NCBI GenBank assembly: GCA_963665115.1
Contig: OY762007.1
Coordinates: forward strand, 6,336,001 to 6,400,000
Direction of reading: 5' to 3'
DNA length: 64,000 nucleotides
DNA from: an uncultured Rivularia sp.
GTDB taxonomy: Bacteria; Cyanobacteriota; Cyanobacteriia; Cyanobacteriales; Nostocaceae
Part shown: one piece after another, positions 36,701 through 49,100 of the stretch
How the letters are laid out: the number at the start of each line of letters is the position of its first letter
How positions within the stretch are numbered: position 1 is the stretch's first letter
The notes under the pieces: model-generated
What the model was told of the DNA's origin: nothing
Databases searched by the model: none
Seen by the model: only the letters and a program-made list of their open reading frames with translations
Position numbers and translations under genes: made by a program

Positions 36701-37567
36701 CTAACCGAATATGAAGGGTCCATTGACTACTTCAAAGGTAAATTCTTGAACTCCTTCAACAATTCCCTCTTCAATTTCCGGATTGGTGGTTTCATCAAAA
36801 GCAGGTACGGTAATTGATGCTCCATCTTCGAGAATTTTGAAGTAAAAACCACTAGCAGCAAAGTTGGGGAAAGGAGTTGTACTACCAGAAATTTCCGCGT
36901 TAAAAACGTCGAATTCCCCTAAAGCACCTCTGCTAGGGCTATTAACATAAACTAATATCCCATCGGAGGGAACATCACCATCAACATTAAAAGTAAACGT
37001 AGTGGTATTTCCTTCGCTTTCCACTAGTTGATTTTCGTTTACATTCAAGCTAACTTCAGGAAAACCACCTTCCGGAGCATCGATAGCTGGTAAATCATCT
37101 AAACTGTCATTGAAAACTACAGTTGAAGAACTATTATCAGCATCAACAGTGTAACCAGAACCAGCTTCTAAACTAAAAGTTGCTTGTTCAACACCGTCTG
37201 TTTCGGCTTCATCTTTGTTTTCCAAAGGTAAACTAAGCAAAGCATTCGGACTATTAACTAATAGACGAACACCCGTTGCTACTCCTTCGTCGTTATAAAC
37301 AGCTTCTATAACTTCCGCTCCAAAGGTTAGAGGAGTTCTACCTAAATTAGCGAAATAATCAGTTAAAGCGATATCGCTGTTAATTACAACTTCTACACCA
37401 CCTTCAGGAATATCACCTTCGGTTTGTAAGCTGAGAACTAAAATTGATGAACCTGGTTGCTCTCCGAGGGATTCTACTAAACTTTCAGTAAGAAGAGTAT
37501 CTCGTAGCTCGGTTCTTTCACCATTAAATGTACCAGTTAAAGTTTGCAGGGAAATGTTTGGTGACAT
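33718..37567 (-). CDS. Acidic modular RTX-tailed protein (Calx-beta-like repeats plus two PPC-like domains), ~1282 aa after one +1 frameshift
   Basis: ORFs 36701..37567 and 33718..36723 join on removing one G at 36716-36718 (VNGPSYSVSDDAG); shared tail. Confidence 0.83.
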
Positions 37568-37753
37568 GATGTTTGTTTGTGATTTTTAATTGACGTGGTA
37601 AATGTGGAGACGCGATATATCGCGTCTCTACAAGATTGTGGTTATTCTCAGTCAAAAGAAGCGATTATGTCGGGTTAGTAATTTTTGACTTGTGAAAAGT
37701 ACATTGCCCTCATTTATCCAGATGCACTACTAATAGAATAAATTTTTATTTTG

Positions 37754-37838
37754 TTGAGAATATATTTCATTAAACTTCTTACGTAAATCATACTATACAT
37801 TTGAGATTGTCTAGTATTTTTTTATAAACTTTTATGTG
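37754..37838 (-). promoter_or_regulatory. Composite promoter copy (Fur-like box plus TTACGTAAAT element)
   Basis: ttgagaatatatttcat 37754-37770; ttacgtaaatcatactata 37779-37797; degenerate distal element. Confidence 0.62.
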
Positions 37839-38074
37839 CGTACTGCTTTTTTAGAGTCGAATCATTAAAACAATTACACCTGTAATGGGGATTGGAGATG
37901 GGGAGAGGGGGGAAGAGAGCAGTGAGCAGAGAAGGCAGGGGAGAAAAGGCTAAGAAAAATGAAATTGCTTCCTCCGCTCCTAACTCATAACTCCTAACTA
38001 CTTCCTACTCCCTATTGCCGGAAATATGATTCAATATATCCCAGGTTTAATAAATAATTGCAGCAAAATCCTTT

Positions 38075-38938
38075 ATGCGTCGAGATTCGATTTTTTATAA
38101 GCTGTTTCAACAATATCCACCTTTACTGTTTGAATTGTTGACAAATCCACCAGAGAATGCTTCTGAATACACATTTGATTCCAAAGCCGTTAAAGAAACA
38201 AAATTTGAAATCGATGGGGTGTTCGTACCACCGGAAAATAAAAGTCCAGGAGTGGTTTACTTCGTAGAAGTACAATTTCAAAAGGATGAAAAATTGTATG
38301 AGCGATTATTTGCGGAATCTTATCTATATTTCTACCGAAACCGCGATGACTTTAGCGATTTACAGATGGTTATAATTTATCCGTCACGAAGCATCGAACA
38401 AAGTAAAATTCGTCCTTACCGGAATCTGCTCAACAGCGATCAGGTAAATCGGATATATTTGGATGAATTAGGGGATATTCGCGAATTACCTTTGGAAGTA
38501 GCGGTAATGCTGTTGACTACGGTTTCCGAGGAGCAAGCACCAGAAGAAGCTAGGTATTTATTACAAAGAACTCAACAGGAAAATCCTCAACCTTCTTCTC
38601 AAGCCATAATAGAACTAATTACGACGATAATAGCCTACAAGTTTGTACAATTTAGTCGAAGGGAGGTAGAAGAGATGTTAGGGATTACGTTTGAAGAAAC
38701 CCAATTTTATCGGGATATTAGAGAAGAAGCACTACAAGAAGGAGAACAAAGGGGACGAGAAAGAGAACGAAACCTTATTCTCCGTCTGCTAACTCGACGG
38801 GTGGGAGAATTATCCCCAGAAGTGCGAGAAAAAGTTGAAAATCTCTCCTTAGAACAATTAGAAAATCTTGGTGAAGCACTGCTTGATTTTAACAGCATGG
38901 GTGATTTACAAGTTTGGTTGGATGGGAATAAGGAATAA
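38075..38938 (+). CDS. Rpn-family recombination-promoting nuclease/putative transposase (DUF2887 plus C-terminal DUF4351)
   Basis: MRRDSIFYKLFQ, FEIDGVF, YFVEVQFQKD (PD-(D/E)XK-like core); C-terminal LILRLLTRRVGEL...LSLEQLENLGEALLDF. Confidence 0.85.
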   Translation: MRRDSIFYKLFQQYPPLLFELLTNPPENASEYTFDSKAVKETKFEIDGVFVPPENKSPGVVYFVEVQFQKDEKLYERLFAESYLYFYRNRDDFSDLQMVIIYPSRSIEQSKIRPYRNLLNSDQVNRIYLDELGDIRELPLEVAVMLLTTVSEEQAPEEARYLLQRTQQENPQPSSQAIIELITTIIAYKFVQFSRREVEEMLGITFEETQFYRDIREEALQEGEQRGRERERNLILRLLTRRVGELSPEVREKVENLSLEQLENLGEALLDFNSMGDLQVWLDGNKE

Positions 38939-38967
38939 CGATTAATTTAGGTAATACACATAACTAA

Positions 38968-39107
38968 TGTAGAGACGTAGCAGTGCTACGTCTCCCCGGA
39001 TTTAGCGATTTATATCAACAATTTGGTGAATCGTCGTAGGTGAATAGAATAATCCCTTTGGTTTTGTCCGCTGATTGTTGGAGACGTAGCACTGCTACGT
39101 CTCTACA
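38968..39107. repeat. REPIN-like inverted REP pair between the convergent Rpn and array genes
   Basis: tgtagagacgtagcagtgctacgtctcc ... ggagacgtagcactgctacgtctctaca. Confidence 0.75.
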
Positions 39108-39115
39108 CCAGTTAT

Positions 39116-42100
39116 TTAACCAAACGCAAAGTTATCTACACTCAAACTATCCATACCAACACCCTGCAAAATCGCTAACTCAGAATTATTCGCAGCAATC
39201 AAGATATTATCATCTTGCTGAGTAATACTCAAATCATCAAAACCGATACCCAAACCAGCTATACCTAAAACATCTTCACCGCTGGTAAAGTCGGTTATGA
39301 CATTCGCTGCGTCGGGAATTTCAGCCGTAGCAATCCAGAATTGGTCGGCACCTTCTCCACCAGTAATGATATTATCACCACCGCTCATCACAAAAAACTT
39401 ATCTTCACCAACACCACCAACAATTCTATCTGAAGTTCCCATTATTACAGTATCGTCACCGCTACCGGAATAAATACGATTATTACCTTCGCTACCAATA
39501 GAAGCGTCAATTAAATCATCGGAATCACCAGCAAAGATTAGGCGATCGCTACCTTCAACTTCAACAACATCGACCTTAATTGTCCCGAATATGTTTTCAA
39601 AAGTAGATTCTATTGGTTCGCTTTTACCTGCTGTTAATTCGACATTGAGTTCGTATTCTCCCGAAAAAACGCCGATTTCTGGAAAAATCCAACCGCTACC
39701 GCTACGCTCGACATTTGGGTCATAGTTGCGGTTTCCTAATTGACTTATTCCTACGTAATAATTACCAGTTTCTTCAGCGGTAAATTCAAGGTAAGGATCT
39801 CTCCCGGCTGGTTCGTCTGGTGCTGCTGCGTTGTTTACTCGAACTATTTCGTTACCGTCAGCATCAAATAAACGCAGCTCGGAATCTAACCTTTGTTCTA
39901 CTTGTGGAAATCTTGCGGTTTCAAAGGGGATGGAATCAATATCAATTTTTACGGTATCTCCCGATTTTAATTCCAAGCTGTAAAAATCTACGTCTTCGGA
40001 AAAATCTCGATAATCTGCTCTTTCTACTCCGTCTTCTCTGGGGAAGAGATTTCCTTTTACTCTAGCGCTAGTGTTTTGCGGATTGAGATTTAAGTCAACT
40101 GCTTGTGATATGGTGTCATTTGGGCCGGTTTCTTCAGCAGGTGCGGGAGTTTGTTCGGGAATATCTACTATAGTGAATGTGGTTTGATTATTTTCTGCAT
40201 TGACGAAATAGTTATCGGAATTTTCAATTAGCGCAAAACTTGCTGTTTCTACTTTTTCTGCTTCACCGTCGGATAATACGGGTAATTCAACTGTAGCGGT
40301 GGTTTCTTTGATATTGAGCAAAAATTCCGTATCGGTAACTTCGGTAATTTCTCCCCCAATAACTTCAACTGTTTCTAAATCAAATTCTGACAAGTTGGTT
40401 GCGTTAACCGTTACTGTAACTCCGTCTGATGGTGGTGGTGCTGTGAGGTTAAATTTATGAATGCTCTTGGTATTTTCCGACTCAATTAAAATTTCGGGTT
40501 CCCCACTCAAGCTGACTTCAACTACAGAATCGGGATTATCTCCAACGATAAAGTTAATTGCTCCAGCATTTTCGTTGATAGTATATAGCGAAGTTTCTTG
40601 TAGAGCAAAATTATAGCTTTGCAATCCTTCTGATATTGGATTGGGGAAAACTGAAAAGTTAATTGATGCTTCTTGCTCGGTTATTTTGAAGTAGAAACCG
40701 CTGAATTCACCGTTGGGAAAGGGAAAAGCACCTCCAGATACTTCTGCATTCAATACATCAAATTCTGCAAGCGCTGGTTTGTCTGCTTTAAGATAAACTA
40801 GTACACCTTCTTCTGGAGGAGGTTCGCTTAAAGTAAATTTGAGCGTGGTTTCCGATGCTTCGGATTCATATAGTTCGCTGTTAGTAATCGAAATGCTGAC
40901 TTCTGGGATAACTTCGGGTATGGGAGCTTGTTCTGGATTATCGTAAAAAGTTGCGGTAATTTGATTTTTAGCTTCAGATACCCCGTAACCTTCTCCTGCT
41001 TCTAAGAAAAATGTCGCTTCTTCTGGCCCATCGGTTTCAGGTTCTACTAATTCTCCTCGCAATTGAGTTCTAGCATTCAAGGGGAAGAAAGTTTTGGGTT
41101 GAAAAACTCGTAACTGCACCCCCGTTTCTCTTCCGGTGTCATCCGTCACCACATCAATTAATTCCGCACCAGGGGAAAAGGGAGCAGAGATTAGCGATCG
41201 CACCGTAAAATAATCTCGTAAATAAGTATCGCTGTTTATCGTTACCAGAATACCCTCTTCCGGAATTTCACCTTCGGTTTCCAAAAGTAAAGTTAAGATG
41301 GAACCTTGAATTGGCAGCCCTTCGACTAAATTATTACTAATTAAGTTGTCTTCACCATCGTAAGTTGCGCCCAGGAAATCTAAAGAAACCGTTGGTTCTC
41401 CCGGTGCTGCGATATCAACAGTTTCCGGAGGAGTATTATTGCTTCTATCCAACTGTGGAGCAACTAAAAGCGGATTTTCTGGATTTAAAGTAATTTGTAA
41501 ATCGTATTCGCCAATTCCCCGGTAATCTAAACCACCGCGACTGTCTCCATCTCCAGTTTCAGGTACAAAAGGATTATAAGCTCTTTCCTTATACTGTTCC
41601 GGGTCGCCAAATAAATCTCCGCCAAATCGGTAGGGAGTTCCATTAGTAAAAACACTTAACCCCAAGTAATAGCTGCCGTCCGCAGGAGCTTGAAATTCTA
41701 AGTATGGGTCGGTAGAAGTTGCAAATAATTCCCCAGCACCCGAACCCAAATCTTTCGCAGCTAATTCATTCCCCGACTCATCGAACAACCGAAAAATTAC
41801 ATTTCCTTGAGTGCGATCGCGTTCCAAATCGGGAATAGCTGGATTACCTTTAACAACCGCATCAATGTCAAAAGCAACAATATCATCAGCTTTCAAATCA
41901 ACTTGATAAAAATCTACATCTTCGGTTCCATCAACATAAGTAAAGCTACCATCCGGATTTTGATAGCGATTGCCAATATCAAAATCTAAACTACCACTCA
42001 ACGTCACCTGGGGATTTTCCGAACTAATTCCCGAATCTACCGCAAGCGGAATAGTATCATTCGGTTCGCTGACATTAAACGGAATTTTCTCTACTGTATC

Positions 42101-42478
42101 GGTAATATTGAAACTACCACCGCTCAAATCAGAATTTACCTCATATCCATCACCAGATTCTAAAGTGAAAGTCGCAGTTTCCAAACCCTCAGCTTCCCCA
42201 TCAGCAGCAACAGGAAGATTAATTAAAGTAGTTAAATCGGTTAATCTTAAATCAAAACCATCCTCGCGGACGTTGACAATTTCTCCATCAATAACTTCTA
42301 TATTATTTAAATCAAATTCGCTCAGATTAGTAGCTTTAACAGAAACAATCAATCCATCTTCAGGTATTATCCCCCCAGTCACATTAAAAACGTGAGCGCT
42401 AAATGTTTGATTATTTTCGACTAAATAATTCGGACCTAGATTCAAGCTAACTTTGGGTAAACCAGTTGTTGAAGCCAT
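39116..42478 (-). CDS. Acidic modular RTX-tailed protein (Calx-beta-like repeats plus two PPC-like domains), 1120 aa
   Basis: Intact ORF; colinear paralogue of the 46156 and 50377 genes but lacking their first domain; shared tail. Confidence 0.87.
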   Translation of the reverse strand: MASTTGLPKVSLNLGPNYLVENNQTFSAHVFNVTGGIIPEDGLIVSVKATNLSEFDLNNIEVIDGEIVNVREDGFDLRLTDLTTLINLPVAADGEAEGLETATFTLESGDGYEVNSDLSGGSFNITDTVEKIPFNVSEPNDTIPLAVDSGISSENPQVTLSGSLDFDIGNRYQNPDGSFTYVDGTEDVDFYQVDLKADDIVAFDIDAVVKGNPAIPDLERDRTQGNVIFRLFDESGNELAAKDLGSGAGELFATSTDPYLEFQAPADGSYYLGLSVFTNGTPYRFGGDLFGDPEQYKERAYNPFVPETGDGDSRGGLDYRGIGEYDLQITLNPENPLLVAPQLDRSNNTPPETVDIAAPGEPTVSLDFLGATYDGEDNLISNNLVEGLPIQGSILTLLLETEGEIPEEGILVTINSDTYLRDYFTVRSLISAPFSPGAELIDVVTDDTGRETGVQLRVFQPKTFFPLNARTQLRGELVEPETDGPEEATFFLEAGEGYGVSEAKNQITATFYDNPEQAPIPEVIPEVSISITNSELYESEASETTLKFTLSEPPPEEGVLVYLKADKPALAEFDVLNAEVSGGAFPFPNGEFSGFYFKITEQEASINFSVFPNPISEGLQSYNFALQETSLYTINENAGAINFIVGDNPDSVVEVSLSGEPEILIESENTKSIHKFNLTAPPPSDGVTVTVNATNLSEFDLETVEVIGGEITEVTDTEFLLNIKETTATVELPVLSDGEAEKVETASFALIENSDNYFVNAENNQTTFTIVDIPEQTPAPAEETGPNDTISQAVDLNLNPQNTSARVKGNLFPREDGVERADYRDFSEDVDFYSLELKSGDTVKIDIDSIPFETARFPQVEQRLDSELRLFDADGNEIVRVNNAAAPDEPAGRDPYLEFTAEETGNYYVGISQLGNRNYDPNVERSGSGWIFPEIGVFSGEYELNVELTAGKSEPIESTFENIFGTIKVDVVEVEGSDRLIFAGDSDDLIDASIGSEGNNRIYSGSGDDTVIMGTSDRIVGGVGEDKFFVMSGGDNIITGGEGADQFWIATAEIPDAANVITDFTSGEDVLGIAGLGIGFDDLSITQQDDNILIAANNSELAILQGVGMDSLSVDNFAFG

Positions 42479-42521
42479 GATATTTTTATTGATTATTGAG
42501 AGATTTAAATTCTCGTTAAAT

Positions 42522-42630
42522 TCTCGTTACAAGGCTCTGCCTTGTGACGCAGGTTTTAGAAGGCTCTGCCTTCTACTTGTAAGGCAGAGCCTTAAGAATA
42601 TGGGTTCCCAGCCAGAGACTGGGAACCAGT
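42522..42630. repeat. Multi-hairpin dispersed repeat (aggctctgcct / ctgggaac type)
   Basis: acaaggctctgccttgt, agaaggctctgccttct, aaggcagagcctt, ggttcccagccagagactgggaacc. Confidence 0.55.
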
Positions 42631-42664
42631 TATGAATCAATTCACGGAAAAACGATAAATTGGA

Positions 42665-45416
42665 TTAACCAAACGCGAAATTATCCGCAATCAAACTATC
42701 GGCACCAATTCCTTGCAATATCGCTAACTCAGAACCATTCGCAGCAATCAAAGTATTATCATCCTGCCCAGTTATGCTCAAATCATCAAAGCCAATACCT
42801 AAACCAGCAATACCAAGCACATCTTCACCACTGGTAAAATCGGTTATGATATTCGCTGCTTCCGGAATTTCTGCTGTAGCAATCCAGAATTGGTCGGCAC
42901 CTTCCCCACCAGTAATCATATTATTACCACCGCTCATTGCGAAGAATTTATCGTCACCTGCTCCACCGACAATTCTATCTTCGGTTCCCAGTATTACAGT
43001 ATCGTCACCGCTACCCGCGTAAATCCGGTTTCCACCTTCGCTACCGATAGAAGCGTCAATCAAATCGCTTTCGCTACCACCGAAAATAAATTGACCGCTA
43101 CCTTCTACTTCAATTATGTCTGCATTGATAGTTCCGAATTCCGGTGTAGTTGTTGGAGATGTAGGTTCGGGTGTTGTAGGACGCTGATCTTCAATAGTAA
43201 CGGTAATGGAACTGGCGTTGGCACCTACTTCGTAGAGTTCACCATCGCGCAGGGTGAAAGTTAAGGTTTCTAGACCTTCTGCCACATCATCCTGGAAAAC
43301 TGGTACCGTAATGCTAGAGTTTTCTTCGGTAACGCGGAAGAAAAATCCACCTGCGGTTTCGTCGGTACCGACAATACTACCACCTTCTATTACTGGCCCT
43401 GTAACTTCGGTTTCGTCTTCTGGTAGACGCGGGTTGGTTGCATTAACATCGAATTCTGCAATTGCTCTTGGTGGTCCTTCAATAAAGACGACTAAGCCTT
43501 CGGCTGGAATCTCACCCTGGGTTGTCAAGTTAATTGTGATTGGTGTCTGCTCATTTTCAAAGAGCGTATCGGTAGTAGCTGAAATTTCTACTGTCGGACC
43601 AACTCCACCCGGTACACCATCTGTAACAGTAAAGGTAGATTCATTAGCTTCCGGATTAACTGCGTAACCATCACCATCCACCAAGGTGTAGGTATAAGTT
43701 GCATCGGCTTCCTCAAGAATATCATTGAACACCGGAAGAGTAATGCTCGCATCCGCTTCGGTAATCGTAAAGCTAAAGTTACTCAAGAAACTAGTTCCGG
43801 CAGCGGCTTCATCGGATGCAGTTTCACTGGGGGTCCCCATCTTCGAGAGAGAAACGGTTGAGGGTACCACCGACGATATTACCATTGGTATTCTCGGCAA
43901 AACCGTTATCAAAACGATAGAAAATGCTACCTGTTTCCGCGTCAAAACGAGTTTGAGCTACGGTAAACTGCTGCATGATACCAGCAGCGTCACCTTCTAG
44001 GTCAACGGTAATACCAGCTTCGGGTATTTCACCGTCCACGCTGAAGTTCATCACCAACGCGGTACCTTCCGCTTCGTTGATTGTGGTTGGGATTGTGCTA
44101 AAGCTAACAGTGGGTTCACCAGCTTCACCTCCTTCAGATAGTTGAACCCATTCTTCAGGAAGTAAGTTAGCAAGGATTTCAAAATCACCGTTACCGTCAG
44201 GTTCGAGAACGTAAGCTATCCCTTGGGGATTGGGATAAATGCCTGTTCCTGCTTCAAAGAGATCGTCATGTCCAACGAGAATCGTGTTTGTTCCTGCTTC
44301 TGGTGGAGCAGTTAATAAAGGCAAAACATTTGCCCTCATCTCTTCTACCTGTTCGTCGGTATAGTCTTCAAAGGGTAGAAAATTGAGTGCGGGGTCTTTT
44401 TCATATTGACCAAAAGCTATTGCAGCAGTATTAATAGCACGACCGTATTCGCTGGTAATCACGTCGTCGTAAGGTATTTGAGATATTTCAAAACCTTCGC
44501 CAATAGCTAAAGATTGTTTCACCCCAAATTCACTTAGCACTCTCTGCGTAGAGAAGTCAGTCACATCAGCAGTAACTTGATCCGCAAAATCTTTCTCTGT
44601 TTGAGCGTGTCTGAAGTATATTACGTTACCACCATCTTGGAGTTCGTCTAATAATTCTTCACCTACTAACTTGTCTACAAAATCAACATTTGCTTGTTCC
44701 CCAGGAGTTAATTCACCTTCATAGGTAGGAGCAGGAGTTACTAATTCAAAACTATCTCCCGGTTGATAACCTTCGCCAACCGTTCCAGCTTCGCCGCCTT
44801 CACCGCCTTCTCCGCCTTCTGTAGGGGTTCCAGCTTCGCCGCCTTCACCACCTTCTCCTTCTGTAGGGGTTCCAGCTTCGCCGCCTTCACCGCCTTCTCC
44901 TCCTTCTGTAGGGGTTCCAGCTTCGCCACCTTCTCCTTCTGTGGGGGTTCCAGCTTCGCTGCCTTCACCACCTTCTCCTTCTGTGGGGGTTCCAGCTTCT
45001 CCACCTTCACCACCTTCGGTAGATTCGTTGGATGGACTACCTTCCGCATCTTGGAGGGACAAAGTTACAGAACCGGCGCTAGAGTCAATTGTGTATCCCT
45101 CACCCGGTTGAACAGCAAAAGTTATATCTTGTGCATCATCAACTTGGTCGTCAAAAATCGGTACGGCTATAGTTGCTGGCGATGCGTTAATGAGAAAATC
45201 AAAACCACTGGTAGTATCATTAACTCTTACAAATCGCCCATTACTGAATTGGGCTGCAAACACATCTAATTGACCTAGAGCATTTTCGGTTGGACTGTCA
45301 ATACTAACAACCAAACCATCTTCTGGTATTGCTTCACTTGAAGCCAGCGTAATTGTTAATACAGTTCCTTCTTCTTCAACGAGAACTGTAGGATTCGCAC
45401 TTATTGAAACTGCCAT
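42665..45416 (-). CDS. RTX-tailed protein with G/E-rich repeats and a histidine-phosphatase domain, ~916 aa after one +1 frameshift
   Basis: ORFs 43824..45416 and 42665..43945 join on removing one G at 43829-43833 (DGDPSETASD). Motifs VIYFRHAQT, SEYGRAINTA, ILVGHD. Confidence 0.82.
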
Positions 45417-45605
45417 AATTTATGTTGATTATAGAGTAAGTGTTTATACAATCTATTTTTTAGGCAATTGTGATTATGCCACCGTGGAATTAGTCATGCT
45501 ACAAGTATTATTTCGCGCTTATCATCAAACAAAAAGCTTCTAATTACCTAACAGAGCGTAGGTATAACGTCGGACAAAGTTTTTACTTTACTGTTGAATA
45601 AATTA

Positions 45606-45690
45606 TTGCGAAATAATCTCAAGCTTTTTGACTTACGTAAATTCTACTATAAACGATACTTTATAGAAGTAGCAATTTGTGAAGTTTTCG
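45606..45690 (-). promoter_or_regulatory. Composite promoter copy
   Basis: ttgcgaaataatctcaa 45606-45622; ttacgtaaattctactataaa 45633-45653; aagtag...tgaagttttcg to 45690. A second Fur-like box ttgcgaaagcttctcaa lies at 45794-45810. Confidence 0.72.
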
Positions 45691-45912
45691 TGAAGAGCAT
45701 GGGAATTGGGCATTGAACATCGAGTTTGTAGGGTGCATGAAGACCTTGACCAATTATTGTTTTATGAATTAGCACTTATTGAAAAAGCCATTGTTGCGAA
45801 AGCTTCTCAAAATTTAGACCTACTATAGGAATTAAGATGATTTGAGGCGATCGCAAATAATCTTTAGTTCTATTTTTCTAATTTGCATTTTCCTCTGGGT
45901 AGAGTTTTATAA

Positions 45913-45927
45913 GTGCAAATTTTGCAT
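45913..45927. promoter_or_regulatory. Palindrome GTGCAAATTTTGCAT (putative operator)
   Basis: Matches the copies at 18503, 33465 and 60586. Confidence 0.5.
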
Positions 45928-45965
45928 GATTAAAACTCGATTCGTAGTTGTGGTGACAAAAAATT

Positions 45966-46074
45966 GGCATTGCTTAATCAAAATATAAATAGCCCCCTAA
46001 CCCCCAAATTTGGGGGATTTAGGGGGCTGTTGTTAGATACCAATTAGGAATTCATATCTGTATTCAGCAACGCC
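45966..46074. mobile_element. MITE with GGCRTTGCT terminal inverted repeats and 8-bp TSD
   Basis: ggcattgcttaat...attcagcaacgcc flanked on both sides by AAAAAATT. Confidence 0.75.
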
Positions 46075-46155
46075 AAAAAATTAATAATGTAGAGACGTAG
46101 CACTGCTACGTCTCCAAATTGATGCGAAATAACGCCTAATTCAGGGAATGATTAT

Positions 46156-49100
46156 TTAAGCAAACGCAAAATTATCCGTAATCAAACTATCAGCACCAAT
46201 TCCTTGCAATATCGCTAAATCCGAGCCATTTGCAGCAATCAAGGTACTATCATCTTCTTGAGAAATACTTAAACCATCAAAGCCAATACCCAAACCAGCA
46301 ATACCAAGCACATCTTCACCACTGGTAAAATCAGTAATAATATTTGCCGAAGAAGGAATTTCAGCAGTCGCAATCCAGAATTGGTCTGCACCTTCCCCAC
46401 CAGTAATGATATTATCACCACCGCCCATTGCAAAGAATTTATCGTCACCTGCTCCACCGACAACTCTATCGGACATTCCCAATATCAAAGTATCGTCACC
46501 GCTACCAGCGTAAATCCGGTTTCCACCTTCACTACTTATAGAAGCGTCAATCAAATCATCGGAATCACCACCGAAAAGCAGTTGACTGCTGCCGCTAACT
46601 TCGATAATATCTGCTTCAAGGGAGCCAAATACGGTTTCGGTAGTAGGTGGTTCTGGTTCGGTATTACCGTCAACTAAAGTAGCAGTTAAATCGTAGAAGC
46701 CATTAAACACGCCGATTTCTGGGAATGTCCAACCACTACCACTTCTTGCTACATTAGGGTTGTAGTTGCGGTTGCCTAGTTGACTCACGCCTACATAGTA
46801 AGTCCCTGCTGTTTCGGCAGTGTATTTAACAAAAGGGTCGCGGGAAAACTCTTCATCGGGGGCTGCACCATCATTATTGGCAGCAAGTTCATTTCCCTCT
46901 GCGTCAAACAACCGCAGTTCGGTATCGGGCTTTTGGAGTGTTTCTGCCAAAGCAGGAGAAACCACAGGTCTGGCATTAATTGTCTCAGGAAGTATTTCTT
47001 CTGTATCAATGTCAAGGTTAACGGTTTGTCCAGCTTCTAGATTAAAGGAGTAGAAATCAACATCTTCGGGAAGATCGACAAAGCTTTCACCAATTAGTCC
47101 GCTAAGGGAAACAGAAGCACGCTCGGAACTTAAACCTAAAGCATTAGCTTCGGATAGAGTACTGTTGCTTTCACTTTCTTCGGCAACAGCAAGTTGATCC
47201 AAGGTTTCGGCTAAAGAGAAGCTAGCCTCTGTTGCTGCTGGGTTGATCTCATAGGTATCGCCCGGTTCTAAAGTAAAGGTTGCGGTTTCGTTGCCTTCAT
47301 CTGTACCATCATCAAGAACGGGTAGACTAATAGTTGCTTCGGGTTCGGTAATAGTAAGGTCAAAGCCATCGTCGCGCAGGTTAGCAATCGTACCACCTGT
47401 TACTTCAATCGCATTCAAATCAAAATCATCAAGAGACTCTGTACTGACGCTAACGGTTAAGCCTTCTTCTGGTGGTGGCGTACTGAGACTAAAGGTATGA
47501 ACGCTAACCGTACCTTCTGATTCAATCAAAGTGGTGCTTTCTTCATCTCCCTCAGTAGAAGCAGTCAAAGCTACTAGAATTTGTGAATCTGGGTTATCGG
47601 CAATGCTCAGGTTGATTTCGCTAGCATTACTATCGATGGTGTAACCCTCTTGCGGTTGTAAGGCAAAGGTAAGATCGAGAATGCCTTCTTGTAAAGTTTC
47701 TGGGGGAACTTCTAGACCAACTGTTAGTTCATCAAACACTGACAGCGTAACAGTTGCAGTCTGCTCGGTGATAGTGAAGAAAAAGCCAGAAGAATCTCCA
47801 TTCGGAACTGGGAAGTTGCCCCCGCTAATTTCAGCGTTCAAGACATCAAACTGACTGAGAACAGTACCGACAACTGGATTATCTTCGCTGTCTAAATAAA
47901 CTGTCACGCCCTCTGCGGCAGGAGCTTCGGACAAGGTAAACGTTAGCGTGGTTTCAGTTCCTTGCGTCTCAATTAGCTCTGTCTCACTGATGGTTATTCC
48001 CACTTCAGGAACGATGTCTCCGCCGCCAGTAGACGCGGGGACATCTTCTACAGAATCGTAGTAAGTTACCTGTGTCTCCCCAGCATCGGAGGCAATTTCA
48101 TAGCCTTCCCCTGGTTGTAAGAAGAAGTTAACATCTTCTGCCCCATCCGTCTCCAGAGGCTCAAATACATCTAATAATCCTTCTCCAAAGAAACGCGGAA
48201 TAATCGCATTAGGATTAGCGGCTTCGTAGTTAACCGTCATTAAAGGTTCTTCAATACGAAGACGAATACCAGTAGGTATCCCATCTTGATTATAAAAAGC
48301 GCCTAATGACTGTCCGCCAATCGTGTTAGGAAGCTGGCTTTGACCTTCAAAGGAAACGTAATCAAATAAATTAGCATCGCTGTTGAGAACAAATTCAATA
48401 CCCTCTTCGGGAATTTCACCCTCAGCTTCAATCGTAAAGGTAACGCTAGAAACTCCGCCTATTTCAACATATTCTACCACTGCACTACTGAAGTTACCTT
48501 CACTATCAGCAGTTGCAGGGTTGGCACTTAACGAGAGTGTGGGAGGATTTGTAATGCCTGGGTTACTAACAGGTGGTGTGGGTGTGCCTTCTATCCGAGG
48601 ATTATCTGGCGTTAACAAATCGATATTAATCGCATAGTCTCCAAACGCCGAGCGATTGCCGTTACCCGATTCAAACACAAGAGGATCGTATAGTGGCTGA
48701 GAGAATTCTCGGGTAAACGGGACATCGAGAACGTTACCGCTTCCACTACCCACTGCAAAATAGTAAATACCGTCTTCGGATGCGGTAAATTCTTCATAAC
48801 CATCCGTCTCATTCTCGTCAAAAGGGGTGGAGCCACCGAACAACTTATCGGGAGCAGCGGTTCTTCTGGCAGCACCGTAATCTCGAAGCGGGTTCCCTTC
48901 GGCATCGAATATCATGGTATCTAACCTAAGACCATCATCAAATGCATTAAGATTTGTATCGAAGTCAAAAGTTTCAACGGCGATTGTATCTCCTGCGCTC
49001 AGGTTTATCTTGTAAAGATCCACATCTTCGCTGTAGTCGATATAGCTATAGGTACCGTCTGGGTTTAGTTGGCGATTGCCGATATTAAAGTAGATGGAAT

